DNA of 64,000 nt from Polaribacter sp. (GTDB lineage: Bacteria > Bacteroidota > Bacteroidia > Flavobacteriales > Flavobacteriaceae), in the NCBI GenBank assembly GCA_965661915.1, contig CBFIFR010000001.1, forward strand, positions 23,797-87,796, given 5' to 3'. The position numbers and the translations under genes were made by a program. The notes under the pieces are model-generated. The model searched no databases and was not told where the DNA came from. It was given only the letters and a program-made list of their open reading frames with translations. This document shows positions 38,928 to 48,961 of this stretch, one piece after another (the stretch's first letter is position 1; each line of letters opens with the position of its first letter).

Positions 38928-40238
38928 AACAATATCCAAACTTTCTCCAATAGTATCATAAACTTTTTGCAATTCTTTATTAGAAATTACAAAAGGTACT
39001 TGAATGTAAATGGTGTTTCCTAGTGGACGTAAAAACACACCCCTTTCCATAAAAAATTCTAATAATTTATCGCGTAAACTTCCATATCTGGCCATTTTTG
39101 TATCTAAATCTAATGCAAAAATTACGCCTTTAAAACGTGCTGTTTTTACTTTTGGATGTTTTTCTATCTTAACTTTAAAGGCTTGATGTAATGTTGAAAT
39201 ATTTTTGATATTCTCTTGTATTTCATTAGTTTGCAATAAGTCAATTGCAGCATTTGCGGCTGAACAAGCAATAGGATTTGCAGAATAGGTGTGACAATGA
39301 AAAAAGCCTTTTGCCATCTCATTACTTAAAAAAGCTTCATAAATTTTCTCTGTACAACTTGTAATAGCTAAAGGCACTAAACCACCTGTTAATGCTTTGC
39401 TTAAACAAATAATATCTGGTTTGGTTTCTACAAAATCGGATGCGAAATTACGGCCTGTTTTTCCAAAACCCGTCATTACTTCATCTGCAATTGTGAGGAT
39501 ATCATTTGCTTTACAGAACTTTAAAATTTCGTTTAACCCATTTGCATCGTGAATTTTCATTCCTGCTGCACCTTGGATAATCGGTTCGTAAATAAAACCT
39601 GCTACTTTATTTTTTGAAATAATTTCTTGTAATTGCTCTAAAATCTCTTGATGATTTTCTCCATTTGGAACAGGAATGCGTTCTACTTTCATCAAAAAAT
39701 CTTCAAAGGGACCATTATATACTGATAAACCTGAAACTGACATTGCCCCAAAAGTATCGCCATGAAAACCATTTTCGAACGCAATAAATGTGCTGCGTTT
39801 TTGACCTAAATTAAAATAGTATTGCAATGCCTTTTTAATTCCGGCTTCTACAGCTGTTGAACCATTATCGTTAAAGAAAATTCGATTTTGATTTTTGGGT
39901 AAAATTTTAATTAAGTTCTCTGATAACTGTATTGCTGGTTCGTGTGTAAAATCGCTAAACATTACTTGATCTAACGTTTGCATTTGCTGGTAAACACGAC
40001 TCGTAATATATTCGTTACAATGCCCAAACATACACGTATACCAAGAAGAAATAGCATCTATATATTCGTTACCATTTTCATCTGTTAACACACAACCTTT
40101 TGCTTTTACAATTGCCAAACTTTCTGGATGTGTTTGGTGTTGTTTTAATGGATGCCAAAGGTGTTTTTGATCTCTTTCTTGGAGAGAAACCATCTCTTTA
40201 GTTTTTTTAGTTTGGTATTTTTTTAGTTCTTTTTGCAT
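38925..40238 (-). CDS. bioA: Adenosylmethionine-8-amino-7-oxononanoate transaminase
   Basis: LWHP, DAISSW, FHGDTFGAMS, ADEVMTGFGKTG and LSKALTGG motifs; the start could be 40193. Confidence 0.96.
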   Translation of the reverse strand: MQKELKKYQTKKTKEMVSLQERDQKHLWHPLKQHQTHPESLAIVKAKGCVLTDENGNEYIDAISSWYTCMFGHCNEYITSRVYQQMQTLDQVMFSDFTHEPAIQLSENLIKILPKNQNRIFFNDNGSTAVEAGIKKALQYYFNLGQKRSTFIAFENGFHGDTFGAMSVSGLSVYNGPFEDFLMKVERIPVPNGENHQEILEQLQEIISKNKVAGFIYEPIIQGAAGMKIHDANGLNEILKFCKANDILTIADEVMTGFGKTGRNFASDFVETKPDIICLSKALTGGLVPLAITSCTEKIYEAFLSNEMAKGFFHCHTYSANPIACSAANAAIDLLQTNEIQENIKNISTLHQAFKVKIEKHPKVKTARFKGVIFALDLDTKMARYGSLRDKLLEFFMERGVFLRPLGNTIYIQVPFVISNKELQKVYDTIGESLDIV

Positions 40239-40282
40239 TCTATTTCAGAAATTCTGTTTTTAACAATTGCTACTATTTGCGT

Positions 40283-41869
40283 TTAGTTTAAACAGCACTT
40301 TTTATACTTTTTACCACTTCCACAAGGGCAAGGCTCATTTCTGCCAATTTTTTTTGACTCATTTTTATAATAAGAAGGGCTGATTGGATTGTTTACCAGA
40401 AAATCATTATCAATATGTTCGTCATCATAGAAGAAATCTGAATCATCTTTCCAAAATTTTCTAAAATCTATGTACTTTTCTAAAATAGAATTTTCTTTTA
40501 AAGAAAGATCTTCGCTAAACTCTTTAGTTATTTCTTTAGCTACACTTTCATAATCACCACAAACCCAATATCCAACAATATTTAGATCAAATAGTTGTTG
40601 AATTTCTGGCAATAATTCTTTCAGTTTATAATCTACTAAATCTGTTATAAAAAGTCCTAAAAACTCTGTGTCAATGATATTTTCATCTTCTTTATTTTCA
40701 ATAAAAAAGTCTAAAATATCTTTACAATAACCTATTAAAACCGTTTTAGAAATTTCTTTTTTATAATATAAAATTTTAAGTAAACTTTCTGACACCATAC
40801 TTTTAGTATAGGCACTTACATTGGGTTCTTTAATAAAGGAAACATACTCATCTACATTATTTTTCTCTGAAAAATACAAAGTTGGTATTACTAAACTAGA
40901 CAAAGCATCTCCAAACCAAAACTTTATGTACTCATCATCTTGTCTTAAAACATCTAATAAAAAAGGTATCGCTTTTGCTTGTTTTAAATTTGAAAGTATT
41001 AAAAAAGCGTGTGAAACAAAATCTACATCGAAATTTTCACCATTATTAAGTAATTGTATATAATAATCAAATCTTACAATCGAATCTTTTAATATTTCAA
41101 TTAAATCATCTGTAAGTTTGTTATTGTCTAACTTATTAAAGAGTTCTAATTGAGCGTCTTTAATGTTATTAACACCTGATTTATATAAAATATTAATTTC
41201 TTGAGTGTAGTTAAAAACTGGCGCTTTTGTTGTTTGTAAAGCAGATTTTCTATCAATTTCTGGCACCATCATCATTAATTCTTTTTCTTTTTCCATTCTT
41301 TTAGAAGCTGCTTTAAAGAAATAATGCATCTTCATTTTTTCTGCATATAAATACTTTGGGTGTTCATTATCTATTTCTCCTAATATTTCTAATCGTGTTT
41401 CTGCTTCTTCTAAATTTCCTGTAGCCAATAAATAATGTATGGTAATTGAAAAGTAAGACATTACCTCATCTAAATGAAATTCTGTACGTTCTGGATACAA
41501 TTCATTTAATAATAAATTATCACCTAAAACACGTTTTACTTCATCAAAATTTTCTTCTTCTATTAATGTTGAAGCATAATTTAGCAACCCAAATAAATAA
41601 TTAGGATGCTCTTTCATTAACCATAAATTACATTCTCTTGCCTTTTTATCATCGTTTTTAAAGGTATAATAAGAGGTTAAATAGTTTTTAAAAACAGGAA
41701 CATTAGGAAATTGATTTGTATACTTTAAAAGTTTTTTTAAAGTATTAGGTTTTGCCTTTGGTAATTCTTTATGAATTTTACTCAACAAAGAAGAAACATA
41801 AGGAGTTATATGATTTTGTTCGTCTAATAAAGATGAATCTGTAGATATTTTAAAGGTAATTAATTCCAT
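40283..41869 (-). CDS. Helical-repeat protein with C-terminal SEC-C motif (DUF1186-like)
   Basis: C-terminal KIGRNEPCPCGSGKKYKKCC. Confidence 0.8.
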   Translation of the reverse strand: MELITFKISTDSSLLDEQNHITPYVSSLLSKIHKELPKAKPNTLKKLLKYTNQFPNVPVFKNYLTSYYTFKNDDKKARECNLWLMKEHPNYLFGLLNYASTLIEEENFDEVKRVLGDNLLLNELYPERTEFHLDEVMSYFSITIHYLLATGNLEEAETRLEILGEIDNEHPKYLYAEKMKMHYFFKAASKRMEKEKELMMMVPEIDRKSALQTTKAPVFNYTQEINILYKSGVNNIKDAQLELFNKLDNNKLTDDLIEILKDSIVRFDYYIQLLNNGENFDVDFVSHAFLILSNLKQAKAIPFLLDVLRQDDEYIKFWFGDALSSLVIPTLYFSEKNNVDEYVSFIKEPNVSAYTKSMVSESLLKILYYKKEISKTVLIGYCKDILDFFIENKEDENIIDTEFLGLFITDLVDYKLKELLPEIQQLFDLNIVGYWVCGDYESVAKEITKEFSEDLSLKENSILEKYIDFRKFWKDDSDFFYDDEHIDNDFLVNNPISPSYYKNESKKIGRNEPCPCGSGKKYKKCCLN

Positions 41870-41879
41870 AATTATACAT

Positions 41880-43139
41880 TTATTTTACCACTAAAACTTC
41901 ATTAATATTCGTGGTGAATTTAGGTGATAATCGTTCTTGTTTCATTTTCCAAGTACGTTTTAAATCTTGATTTCCTAGTTTTATTTTATCTGATTTATAT
42001 TTTCTATTTAAATGATCAATTGCAGACATTAAGGGTTTATGCTTAGGGTTTTCGTGTGAGAATAAATTGAGCTGAAAATTATCATTAGGCACTAAACCAG
42101 ATATTATAACCCCAGCTTTTTTATATTTTATGCCTTTTTTAAAAATAGTTTCTACTCCTGTAACTGCTGCTTTTGCGATGGTTAAGGTAGAATCTGTTGG
42201 ATATGATAAAATAACAGTTCTATTTTCTTTTTGATATTGCTGGGTTTTATCAAAACGATTGCTTCTTAAAAAAACAGTAATAACATGACAGTTTGATTTT
42301 TGCTCACGTAATTTTTTAGCGCAACTGGCTGAAAAAGTAGCAATGCGCTCTTTAATATTATCAATATCTGAATAGGTGTTTTCAAAACTTCTTGTGGTAG
42401 CAATCATTTTTTTTGAAGTTACAGCATCCTCTAAAGGGATTTTAGAAATGCCTTGTAAATCTTTTTGCAATCGCCAACCTACGATAGACAATTCTTTTAA
42501 CACCCAATCACTTGAAATTTGCGTAAAATCATAAGCAGTAACACAACCTTTTGCTTTTAGCCTTTTTTGTAAACCTTTACCAATTCCCCAGACTTTTTCA
42601 ATTTTTGTCCATTGTAAAGCTTTAATTCTTTTTTCGTCAGAATCAATAATACAAATGCCTTTAGATTGCTTTAAGTTAGAACGTGCAATTTTATTGGCAA
42701 CTTTACTCAATGCTTTGGTTGGGGCAATTCCTACACAAGTTGGTATACCTGTCCATTTTAAAATTCTACTTCTAATTTTGGTTGCATATTCCTTAAAATC
42801 ATAGTTTTCAAAACCTTTTAATTCTAAAAAAGACTCATCTATAGAATAGACTTCTATATCTGGTGAAAAGCCTGATAAAATACTCATCACTCTTGCACTC
42901 ATATCACCATATAAAGGATAATTAGAAGACAACACTGTAATATTTTTTTCTTTACAAAACTGCTCCCATTTAAAAATTGGTGCGCCAAAAGGCAGGCCAA
43001 TTTTCTTAACCTCATCACTCATAGAAATTACACAACCATCATTATTGCTTAAAATAGCAACAGGTTTATTTTGTAAATTGGGGTTAAAAACCCGTTCACA
43101 AGACGCATAAAAATTATTACAATCTACCAATGCAAACAT
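41880..43139 (-). CDS. umuC: Y-family DNA polymerase (Pol V UmuC-like)
   Basis: DCNNFYASCE, SNNDGC, YSIDE, and C-terminal WKMKQERLSPKFTT. Confidence 0.93.
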   Translation of the reverse strand: MFALVDCNNFYASCERVFNPNLQNKPVAILSNNDGCVISMSDEVKKIGLPFGAPIFKWEQFCKEKNITVLSSNYPLYGDMSARVMSILSGFSPDIEVYSIDESFLELKGFENYDFKEYATKIRSRILKWTGIPTCVGIAPTKALSKVANKIARSNLKQSKGICIIDSDEKRIKALQWTKIEKVWGIGKGLQKRLKAKGCVTAYDFTQISSDWVLKELSIVGWRLQKDLQGISKIPLEDAVTSKKMIATTRSFENTYSDIDNIKERIATFSASCAKKLREQKSNCHVITVFLRSNRFDKTQQYQKENRTVILSYPTDSTLTIAKAAVTGVETIFKKGIKYKKAGVIISGLVPNDNFQLNLFSHENPKHKPLMSAIDHLNRKYKSDKIKLGNQDLKRTWKMKQERLSPKFTTNINEVLVVK

Positions 43140-43173
43140 AACTGTAAAGGTATATAATTTTGCTATTTTTGTA

Positions 43174-44313
43174 ATGATGAAATTCCCAAAGAAGTTAACA
43201 AATCGATTAAAAAAACGCGAAGACAGTTCGTCACTGCGTTCTTTACAATCGCCATCAAAATTAGTTGACTTTTCTTCTAATGATTATTTAGGATTTGCAA
43301 AATCTGAAGTTATTTTCGAGGAAACTCATCAATATTTAATTGACAATAACTTTAAACAAAATGGTGCAACAGGCAGTAGATTATTATCTGGAAATCATCA
43401 ATTATATGCCGAAGTTGAAACTTTTTTGAGTGATTTTCATCAAACTGAATCTGCAACTATTTTCAATTCGGGTTACGATGCCAATATTGGTTTTTTCTCA
43501 TCAGTGCCTCAAAGAGGTGATGTAATTTTATTTGATGAATTTATACACGCTTCCATTCGTGATGGAATTCAATTGAGTAATGCAAAATCATTTAAATTTT
43601 TACATAATGATTTAATAAAATTAGATGAGATGCTGAAACGAGTTCAGCATGACAACACAGATATTTACGTAGTTACAGAATCAGTTTTTTCTATGGATGG
43701 AGATTCTCCTGATTTGGTAAAATTGTCTGAAATTTGTAAAAAATATAATGCTTTTTTAATTGTTGATGAAGCACATGCCCTTGGTGTTTTTGGTGCTGGT
43801 TTAGTGCAAAAACTCAATTTACAAAATGCTATTTTTGCACGAATTATTACGTTTGGAAAAGCCTTAGGTTGTCATGGAGCAGCTATTTTAGGGAGTAAAG
43901 CATTGCAAAACTACTTAATCAATTTTGCGAGAAGTTTTATTTACACAACTGGTCTTTCCCCTCATTCTTTAGCCACTATAAAAATGGCTTACAAACAGCA
44001 AGGGAGCATGCTCACCTGTCAAAAAAACAAACTGCAAAAAAATATTCATCATTTTTTAGAAGAGGTAAAAAGACTAAACTTAAGTTTTATCCCTAGTTGT
44101 TCTGCGATTCATTGTTGTGTGATTTCGGGTAGTGAAAAAGTAAAAGCCATCGCTAAAAAATTACAAGAAAAAGGGTTTGAGGTAAAAGCAATTTTATCGC
44201 CTACAGTGCCAAAAAACAAAGAACGTTTGCGTTTTTGTTTGCATTCTTATAATTCAAAGAGAGAAATTAGTGAAGTTTTGGAATTGTTAAGTAATTTAGC
44301 AGAGCATCATTAA
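43174..44313 (+). CDS. bioF: 8-amino-7-oxononanoate synthase
   Basis: DFSSNDYLG, GSRLLSG, ESVFSMDGD, VDEAH and TFGKALG motifs. Confidence 0.93.
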   Translation: MMKFPKKLTNRLKKREDSSSLRSLQSPSKLVDFSSNDYLGFAKSEVIFEETHQYLIDNNFKQNGATGSRLLSGNHQLYAEVETFLSDFHQTESATIFNSGYDANIGFFSSVPQRGDVILFDEFIHASIRDGIQLSNAKSFKFLHNDLIKLDEMLKRVQHDNTDIYVVTESVFSMDGDSPDLVKLSEICKKYNAFLIVDEAHALGVFGAGLVQKLNLQNAIFARIITFGKALGCHGAAILGSKALQNYLINFARSFIYTTGLSPHSLATIKMAYKQQGSMLTCQKNKLQKNIHHFLEEVKRLNLSFIPSCSAIHCCVISGSEKVKAIAKKLQEKGFEVKAILSPTVPKNKERLRFCLHSYNSKREISEVLELLSNLAEHH

Positions 44314-44334
44314 AACTAAGGAAACAAATATAGC

Positions 44335-44946
44335 ATGACAAAAACATATTTCATCACAGGAATCTCAACAGAAGTTGGTAAAACAGTGGCATCTGCAATT
44401 GTAACAGAAGCGCTTGAAGCGGATTATTGGAAACCAGTTCAGGCAGGAGATTTAGACAACTCTGATACGCACAAAGTAAAACGATTTGTATCAAATTCTA
44501 AATCTGTTTTTCATCAAAATGCATATGCTTTACAGACTCCTATGAGTCCACATGCTGCTGCTGAAATCGATGGAATTACAATTGATTTAAAAGATATTGT
44601 AGCACCAAAAACCGATAATCATTTGGTGATAGAAGGTGCTGGAGGTTTGTTGGTTCCTTTAAATGATAGGTATACTATTTTAGATGTAATAAAACCAGAT
44701 TATAAAATAATTGTGGTTTCTCGTCATTATTTGGGAAGCATCAATCATACATTATTGACGGTAAAATTGTTGCAAGAAAAAGGGTTTGAGGTTTCTGTTA
44801 TTTTTTCGGGTGATGAACATCCGACTACTGAAAGTATCATCCAAAAAATGACTAATGTAAATGTGATTGGTAGAATAGATGAAGAACCGTATTTTGACCA
44901 AAATATCATTAAAGAATATGCTCAGAAATTTGCAGAAAAATTGTAA
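44335..44946 (+). CDS. bioD: Dethiobiotin synthase
   Basis: TGISTEVGKT, WKPVQAG, EGAGG and LGSINH motifs. Confidence 0.96.
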   Translation: MTKTYFITGISTEVGKTVASAIVTEALEADYWKPVQAGDLDNSDTHKVKRFVSNSKSVFHQNAYALQTPMSPHAAAEIDGITIDLKDIVAPKTDNHLVIEGAGGLLVPLNDRYTILDVIKPDYKIIVVSRHYLGSINHTLLTVKLLQEKGFEVSVIFSGDEHPTTESIIQKMTNVNVIGRIDEEPYFDQNIIKEYAQKFAEKL

Positions 44947-44954
44947 TTTGCCAT

Positions 44955-45392
44955 ATGATGACGACTGCTAAAAATTTTACTTTTTTTACCCCAAAAGCCT
45001 CTTTAGGTAATGGAGCTATTTTAATTGATACAGGAATTTCTGCTGGATTTCCATCACCTGCAGACGATTTTCGAGAAACTCGTATTTCTTTAGATGATGA
45101 ATTAATCCAAAATAAAGATGCTACTTTTTTTGCAAAAGTAAAAGGGCAATCTATGATCGACGCTGGTTTAGATGACAACGATTTATTAGTAATTGACAGA
45201 AGTTTAGAACCTGCCAATAATAAAATTGCAGTTTGTTTTTTAGATGGAGAATTTACGGTAAAACGCTTACGCGTAGAAAAAAACGAAGTTTGGTTGCAAC
45301 CCGAAAATCCTAATTATCCAATAATTCATATTACAGAAGATAACGACTTTGTGATTTGGGGAATTGTTACTAATGTGATTAAAAAAGTGTAA
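44955..45392 (+). CDS. umuD: UmuD-like S24 autopeptidase
   Basis: AGFPSPA cleavage region, catalytic Ser (GQSM) and Lys (TVKRL). Confidence 0.92.
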   Translation: MMTTAKNFTFFTPKASLGNGAILIDTGISAGFPSPADDFRETRISLDDELIQNKDATFFAKVKGQSMIDAGLDDNDLLVIDRSLEPANNKIAVCFLDGEFTVKRLRVEKNEVWLQPENPNYPIIHITEDNDFVIWGIVTNVIKKV

Positions 45393-45675
45393 ATCCTTTT
45401 AAAATTCACAACTAGTTCTTATAATAAGTTCAGCATAAATACCAAAAAATTAGGTGTGAGTTACTTCCTAATCCATAGTCAAGATACAATCACAGTTGGT
45501 TGATAGTACAACAATACCTAAAACTGAAATGATACGTACTTATTTAAACGTAGAAAAAGGATACTACAAACATTATCTTGTTATTTTTTAACAAATAATT
45601 TCGCAACATCAAATTATTTTTATTTAATTTTATGTTGTTTATATTTTGAAGATTAAACTTAAAATTTATAAGATA

Positions 45676-46290
45676 ATGAAAAAAATAAAATACATTTTAC
45701 TTACACTTATTACTTTTCTTGCATTAAACTCATTTGGTCAAAAAAGCACAAAACTAACTATTAAAGTTAAAGATGAACAAAATAAACCTGTGCCTGGAGC
45801 AGTAATATTATTTGATGATGTAAAACAAAAAAGACTTGCTAATTCTAATGGAATCTTTAAAGCTAAATTAAAAAAAGAACCTAAAATAATAAGTGCATTT
45901 TCTCCAAGTATTGGAATAGCAAAAGTAAAATACGATGGAAAAAACAATATTGTTATAAAAATTACAGAAGGTAATGAGCTTTATGTTGTAAATACATCAA
46001 ATAACAAGGTTGATTCAACAATTCAATTTCGTGACATTTATGATTATATGAGAGGCAAAGTACCAGGTGTTAACGTATCTCCAAATAATAGAATAACGAT
46101 AAGAGGTTTTAACAGTGTAAATGGAAGTACCACACCAATGTTTATCTTAAACAACATGCAAGTAGATGAAGCATTTTTTGCAGATGTAGTTCCTACAACC
46201 ATTAAATCTATTAAGGTTTTAAAAGGACCTGAAACTGCCAATTATGGTTCTAGAGGAGCTAATGGCGTTATTGAGGTGACTACTTTTTAG
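45676..46290 (+). CDS. Secreted protein with a stand-alone TonB plug domain
   Basis: Signal peptide; GKVPGVNV...IRG...P.FILN...IKSIKVLKG..YGSRGANGVIEVTT with no barrel. Confidence 0.85.
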   Translation: MKKIKYILLTLITFLALNSFGQKSTKLTIKVKDEQNKPVPGAVILFDDVKQKRLANSNGIFKAKLKKEPKIISAFSPSIGIAKVKYDGKNNIVIKITEGNELYVVNTSNNKVDSTIQFRDIYDYMRGKVPGVNVSPNNRITIRGFNSVNGSTTPMFILNNMQVDEAFFADVVPTTIKSIKVLKGPETANYGSRGANGVIEVTTF

Positions 46291-46384
46291 GGCTAATTAT
46301 ATCAATTTTTAAGCCTAAATATAGAACTCCAATAAACAAAAAATAACTAATTGTTTACTGTTCAACACATTTGCTTTAATGGCG

Positions 46385-46691
46385 AGAAACTTTATAAAAA
46401 GTAAAGATGCTATATTTTTTGCAAAAGTAAAATGACAATCTATGATTGATGCTGGTATAGATAATAACGATTTATTGCTAATTGACAGAAGTTTAGAAAA
46501 TGCAAAGAATAAAATTACTATTCTTTTTTAGATGATAATTTTACTGTAAAACGTTTGAGTATAGAAAAAATGAAGTAGAGTATATAGTTTAATTGCAACC
46601 CGAAAACCCTAATTATCCAATAATTCATATTACAGAAGATAACGATTTTGTAATTTGGGGAATTGTTACTAATGTAATTAAAAAAGTTTGA
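46385..46691 (+). pseudogene. umuD: Decayed partial copy of umuD
   Basis: Aligns by eye to ~45100-45392 (TAAAGATGCTA..TTTGCAAAAGTAAAA..CAATCTATGAT, TGCAACCCGAAAA.CCTAATTATCCAATAATTCATATTACAGAAGATAACGA); GGG>TGA stop and indels. Confidence 0.85.
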
Positions 46692-47911
46692 AACAAATTC
46701 TAAAATTTTACTCAAAACTTTTAAAAAAGCAAGTATTTCTTTTGCTTTTAATTGTTTTGATACCATCAGTTTTTGCACAAAATCGTGTAGCATTTCAAGA
46801 TACAATTCCGTTTAAAACAGATTTGGGCTTAATTATTATTCCAATAACGTTTAATGGCGTTGAAAAACAATTTGCTTTTGATACTGGTGCTACACATTCT
46901 GTTGCTTATGATTGGGCAAAAAATGAGCTAAAACCAACAAGAAAAACAACAAATATTACTTCTTCTAGTGGTTTAAAAAGTAAAATGCGCTTTTATAAAA
47001 GCGGATTAATTGAACTAGGAAGTAGAAAAATTAGGAAACACAGGATATTAAACACTGCTAAAAATGAGGTGTTTTCTTGCTACAAAATTGACGGAATTCT
47101 AGGTGTTGATATTATAAAAGAGTTGAATTGGATTATTGATTTTAAGCGGAAAATTCTAGTCATGTATCCATCAAATCATTTTCCAGATAAGGTAAAAAAG
47201 ATGCATCCTTTAAACTTTAATTATCAAGATAAAAGGCCTTATGTATTTCTAAAACGAAACAATAAAAAAATTCGCTTTCTTTTAGATACAGGTGCTGGAG
47301 GTTTTTCTAATGTTTCTAAACGCGAGTATAACTTTTCTACAATTGATGATTATCCCAATTTATCAACCCAAAGTGCTAGCATGGATGTAAATGGCGTTCT
47401 TACTTCATCATTGGCTAAAATTGTAAAGTATGCAGAAAGTTTTTCTGGTAATGTTGCTATTTCACCAATTGTAGTGTATAACAACCAAAAATCTTCTAAA
47501 ATAGGAAATCGATTATGGAGAAATAATGAACTTTTTTTGTCATTAAAAAAAGACAAATTATATAGTTTTAAAGCTAATATCAACAATAAATATAAGGCAT
47601 ATCCATGTTCTATTTTATTCTATAAAAACAAAATACGAATTGTTAAAGTGGATGAAGAAAGTGATTTATGGCAAAATGGTGTGAGACAAGGAGCTGAAAT
47701 ATTATCTATAAATGGAAAAAAGTTTGACAATTTTTGTGACTTAGACAATTATTTCAGAAAAACAGTTAAACATGCACAATCTTTCAAAATAACTTTAGCC
47801 AATGGTAAACTATTTACTTTAAACAAAAACTCTATACTTAAAAATAAAAATAACCCTTACGCAATATTTTATTATTGTTTTTCGATAATTTTTATATATT
47901 TGCATAGTTAA
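46688..47911 (+). CDS. Secreted retropepsin-like aspartic protease with C-terminal PDZ-like region
   Basis: Two DTG motifs (FAFDTGA, FLLDTGA), DGILG and GAEILSING. Confidence 0.85.
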   Translation: MKQILKFYSKLLKKQVFLLLLIVLIPSVFAQNRVAFQDTIPFKTDLGLIIIPITFNGVEKQFAFDTGATHSVAYDWAKNELKPTRKTTNITSSSGLKSKMRFYKSGLIELGSRKIRKHRILNTAKNEVFSCYKIDGILGVDIIKELNWIIDFKRKILVMYPSNHFPDKVKKMHPLNFNYQDKRPYVFLKRNNKKIRFLLDTGAGGFSNVSKREYNFSTIDDYPNLSTQSASMDVNGVLTSSLAKIVKYAESFSGNVAISPIVVYNNQKSSKIGNRLWRNNELFLSLKKDKLYSFKANINNKYKAYPCSILFYKNKIRIVKVDEESDLWQNGVRQGAEILSINGKKFDNFCDLDNYFRKTVKHAQSFKITLANGKLFTLNKNSILKNKNNPYAIFYYCFSIIFIYLHS

Positions 47912-47917
47912 ACAATA
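47871..47917 (+). promoter_or_regulatory. Promoter/operator of the DUF2975-HTH operon
   Basis: Imperfect palindrome ATTATTG-N5-CGATAAT, TATATTTG -7 box at 47895-47902, and a downstream AAACAATAA half-site. Confidence 0.5.
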
Positions 47918-47924
47918 AATACTT

Positions 47925-48428
47925 ATGCGAAAAATTTACATTTTAAAAGCCATTATAGATTTTCTTTGGATAATTTCTATGCCAGCAATACTTTTAGTTA
48001 TTGGTGTGGTTTTCGCTCTTTTTTTTATTGATTTGGGTGAACTCGACATCAAAATAAATACAGTTAATTTTAACGCAAACGATTTAACATCTAAAATACT
48101 TCTTGCTATTTCTGTATTAAATTATTTGTTACTTCTTGCTGCTTTATATTATTTCAGAAAAACATTACGCTATTTTTTAAATACTAAAATTTTTGACGGA
48201 ATCGTTATTTCTTCTTTCAAAAAAATTGGAAACCTACTTTGTATATCTGCCATAATTGCTATCTGTATTTCGTTTATGATAAGGATTTATTATCAACAAA
48301 AAGTAAGTTTAGAACTTGGTTTAAATGAGCATACCATACTACTATGCCTTGGTTTATTCTTTTTAATATTAAGTGAAGTTTTTAAAATAGCAAAAACTCA
48401 TAAACAGGAAAACGATTTAACGATATAA
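47925..48428 (+). CDS. DUF2975 family membrane protein 1
   Basis: 4 TM, C-terminus KQENDLTI. Confidence 0.85.
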   Translation: MRKIYILKAIIDFLWIISMPAILLVIGVVFALFFIDLGELDIKINTVNFNANDLTSKILLAISVLNYLLLLAALYYFRKTLRYFLNTKIFDGIVISSFKKIGNLLCISAIIAICISFMIRIYYQQKVSLELGLNEHTILLCLGLFFLILSEVFKIAKTHKQENDLTI

Positions 48429-48430
48429 TT

Positions 48431-48958
48431 ATGAAAAAATTAGCCTTTATAATTTCTAAAATCACTTTTTGGGGATTTGTATTATTTTCTAGCATTTTGA
48501 TTCCGCTTTCATTATTGTCTTTTTTAGAATACTACTTTAGTTGGGATATCCCTTTTTTAGATATTGTACAAAGAGATGGCTTAGATTTTGGTAAAATTAA
48601 AAATATTGGAGTTGAATTTTGGATGAATTACACCATCATTTTAATGTGGGGAACATTTATTTTTTATTCTATTTACTTTTACGTTTTACAAGGTTTTTTC
48701 AGGATTTTTATTCTTGAAAATACTTTTACCAAGCAATCTGTAGAGAGGTTAAAACTATTTTATAAGCTCAACTTTATTCCTGTAATTGCAGGTGCTTTGG
48801 GTATAATTTTACGATATTTTATTTATGATGATACTGTTTTTGATGAACCTCATTTCTTTGTATTAATTCATTTAATTGTGGCTTTCCTATTATATTTCTA
48901 CCTGGACTTAATCAAAAAAGGAAATATAATTCAACAAGAAAACGATTTAACCATTTAA
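48431..48958 (+). CDS. DUF2975 family membrane protein 2
   Basis: 4 TM, C-terminus QQENDLTI. Confidence 0.85.
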   Translation: MKKLAFIISKITFWGFVLFSSILIPLSLLSFLEYYFSWDIPFLDIVQRDGLDFGKIKNIGVEFWMNYTIILMWGTFIFYSIYFYVLQGFFRIFILENTFTKQSVERLKLFYKLNFIPVIAGALGIILRYFIYDDTVFDEPHFFVLIHLIVAFLLYFYLDLIKKGNIIQQENDLTI

Positions 48959-48961
48959 GAG

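Noticed and set aside
46518-46805. 95-aa minus-strand ORF
   Set aside because: Antisense to the umuD pseudogene and the protease start; no independent support.
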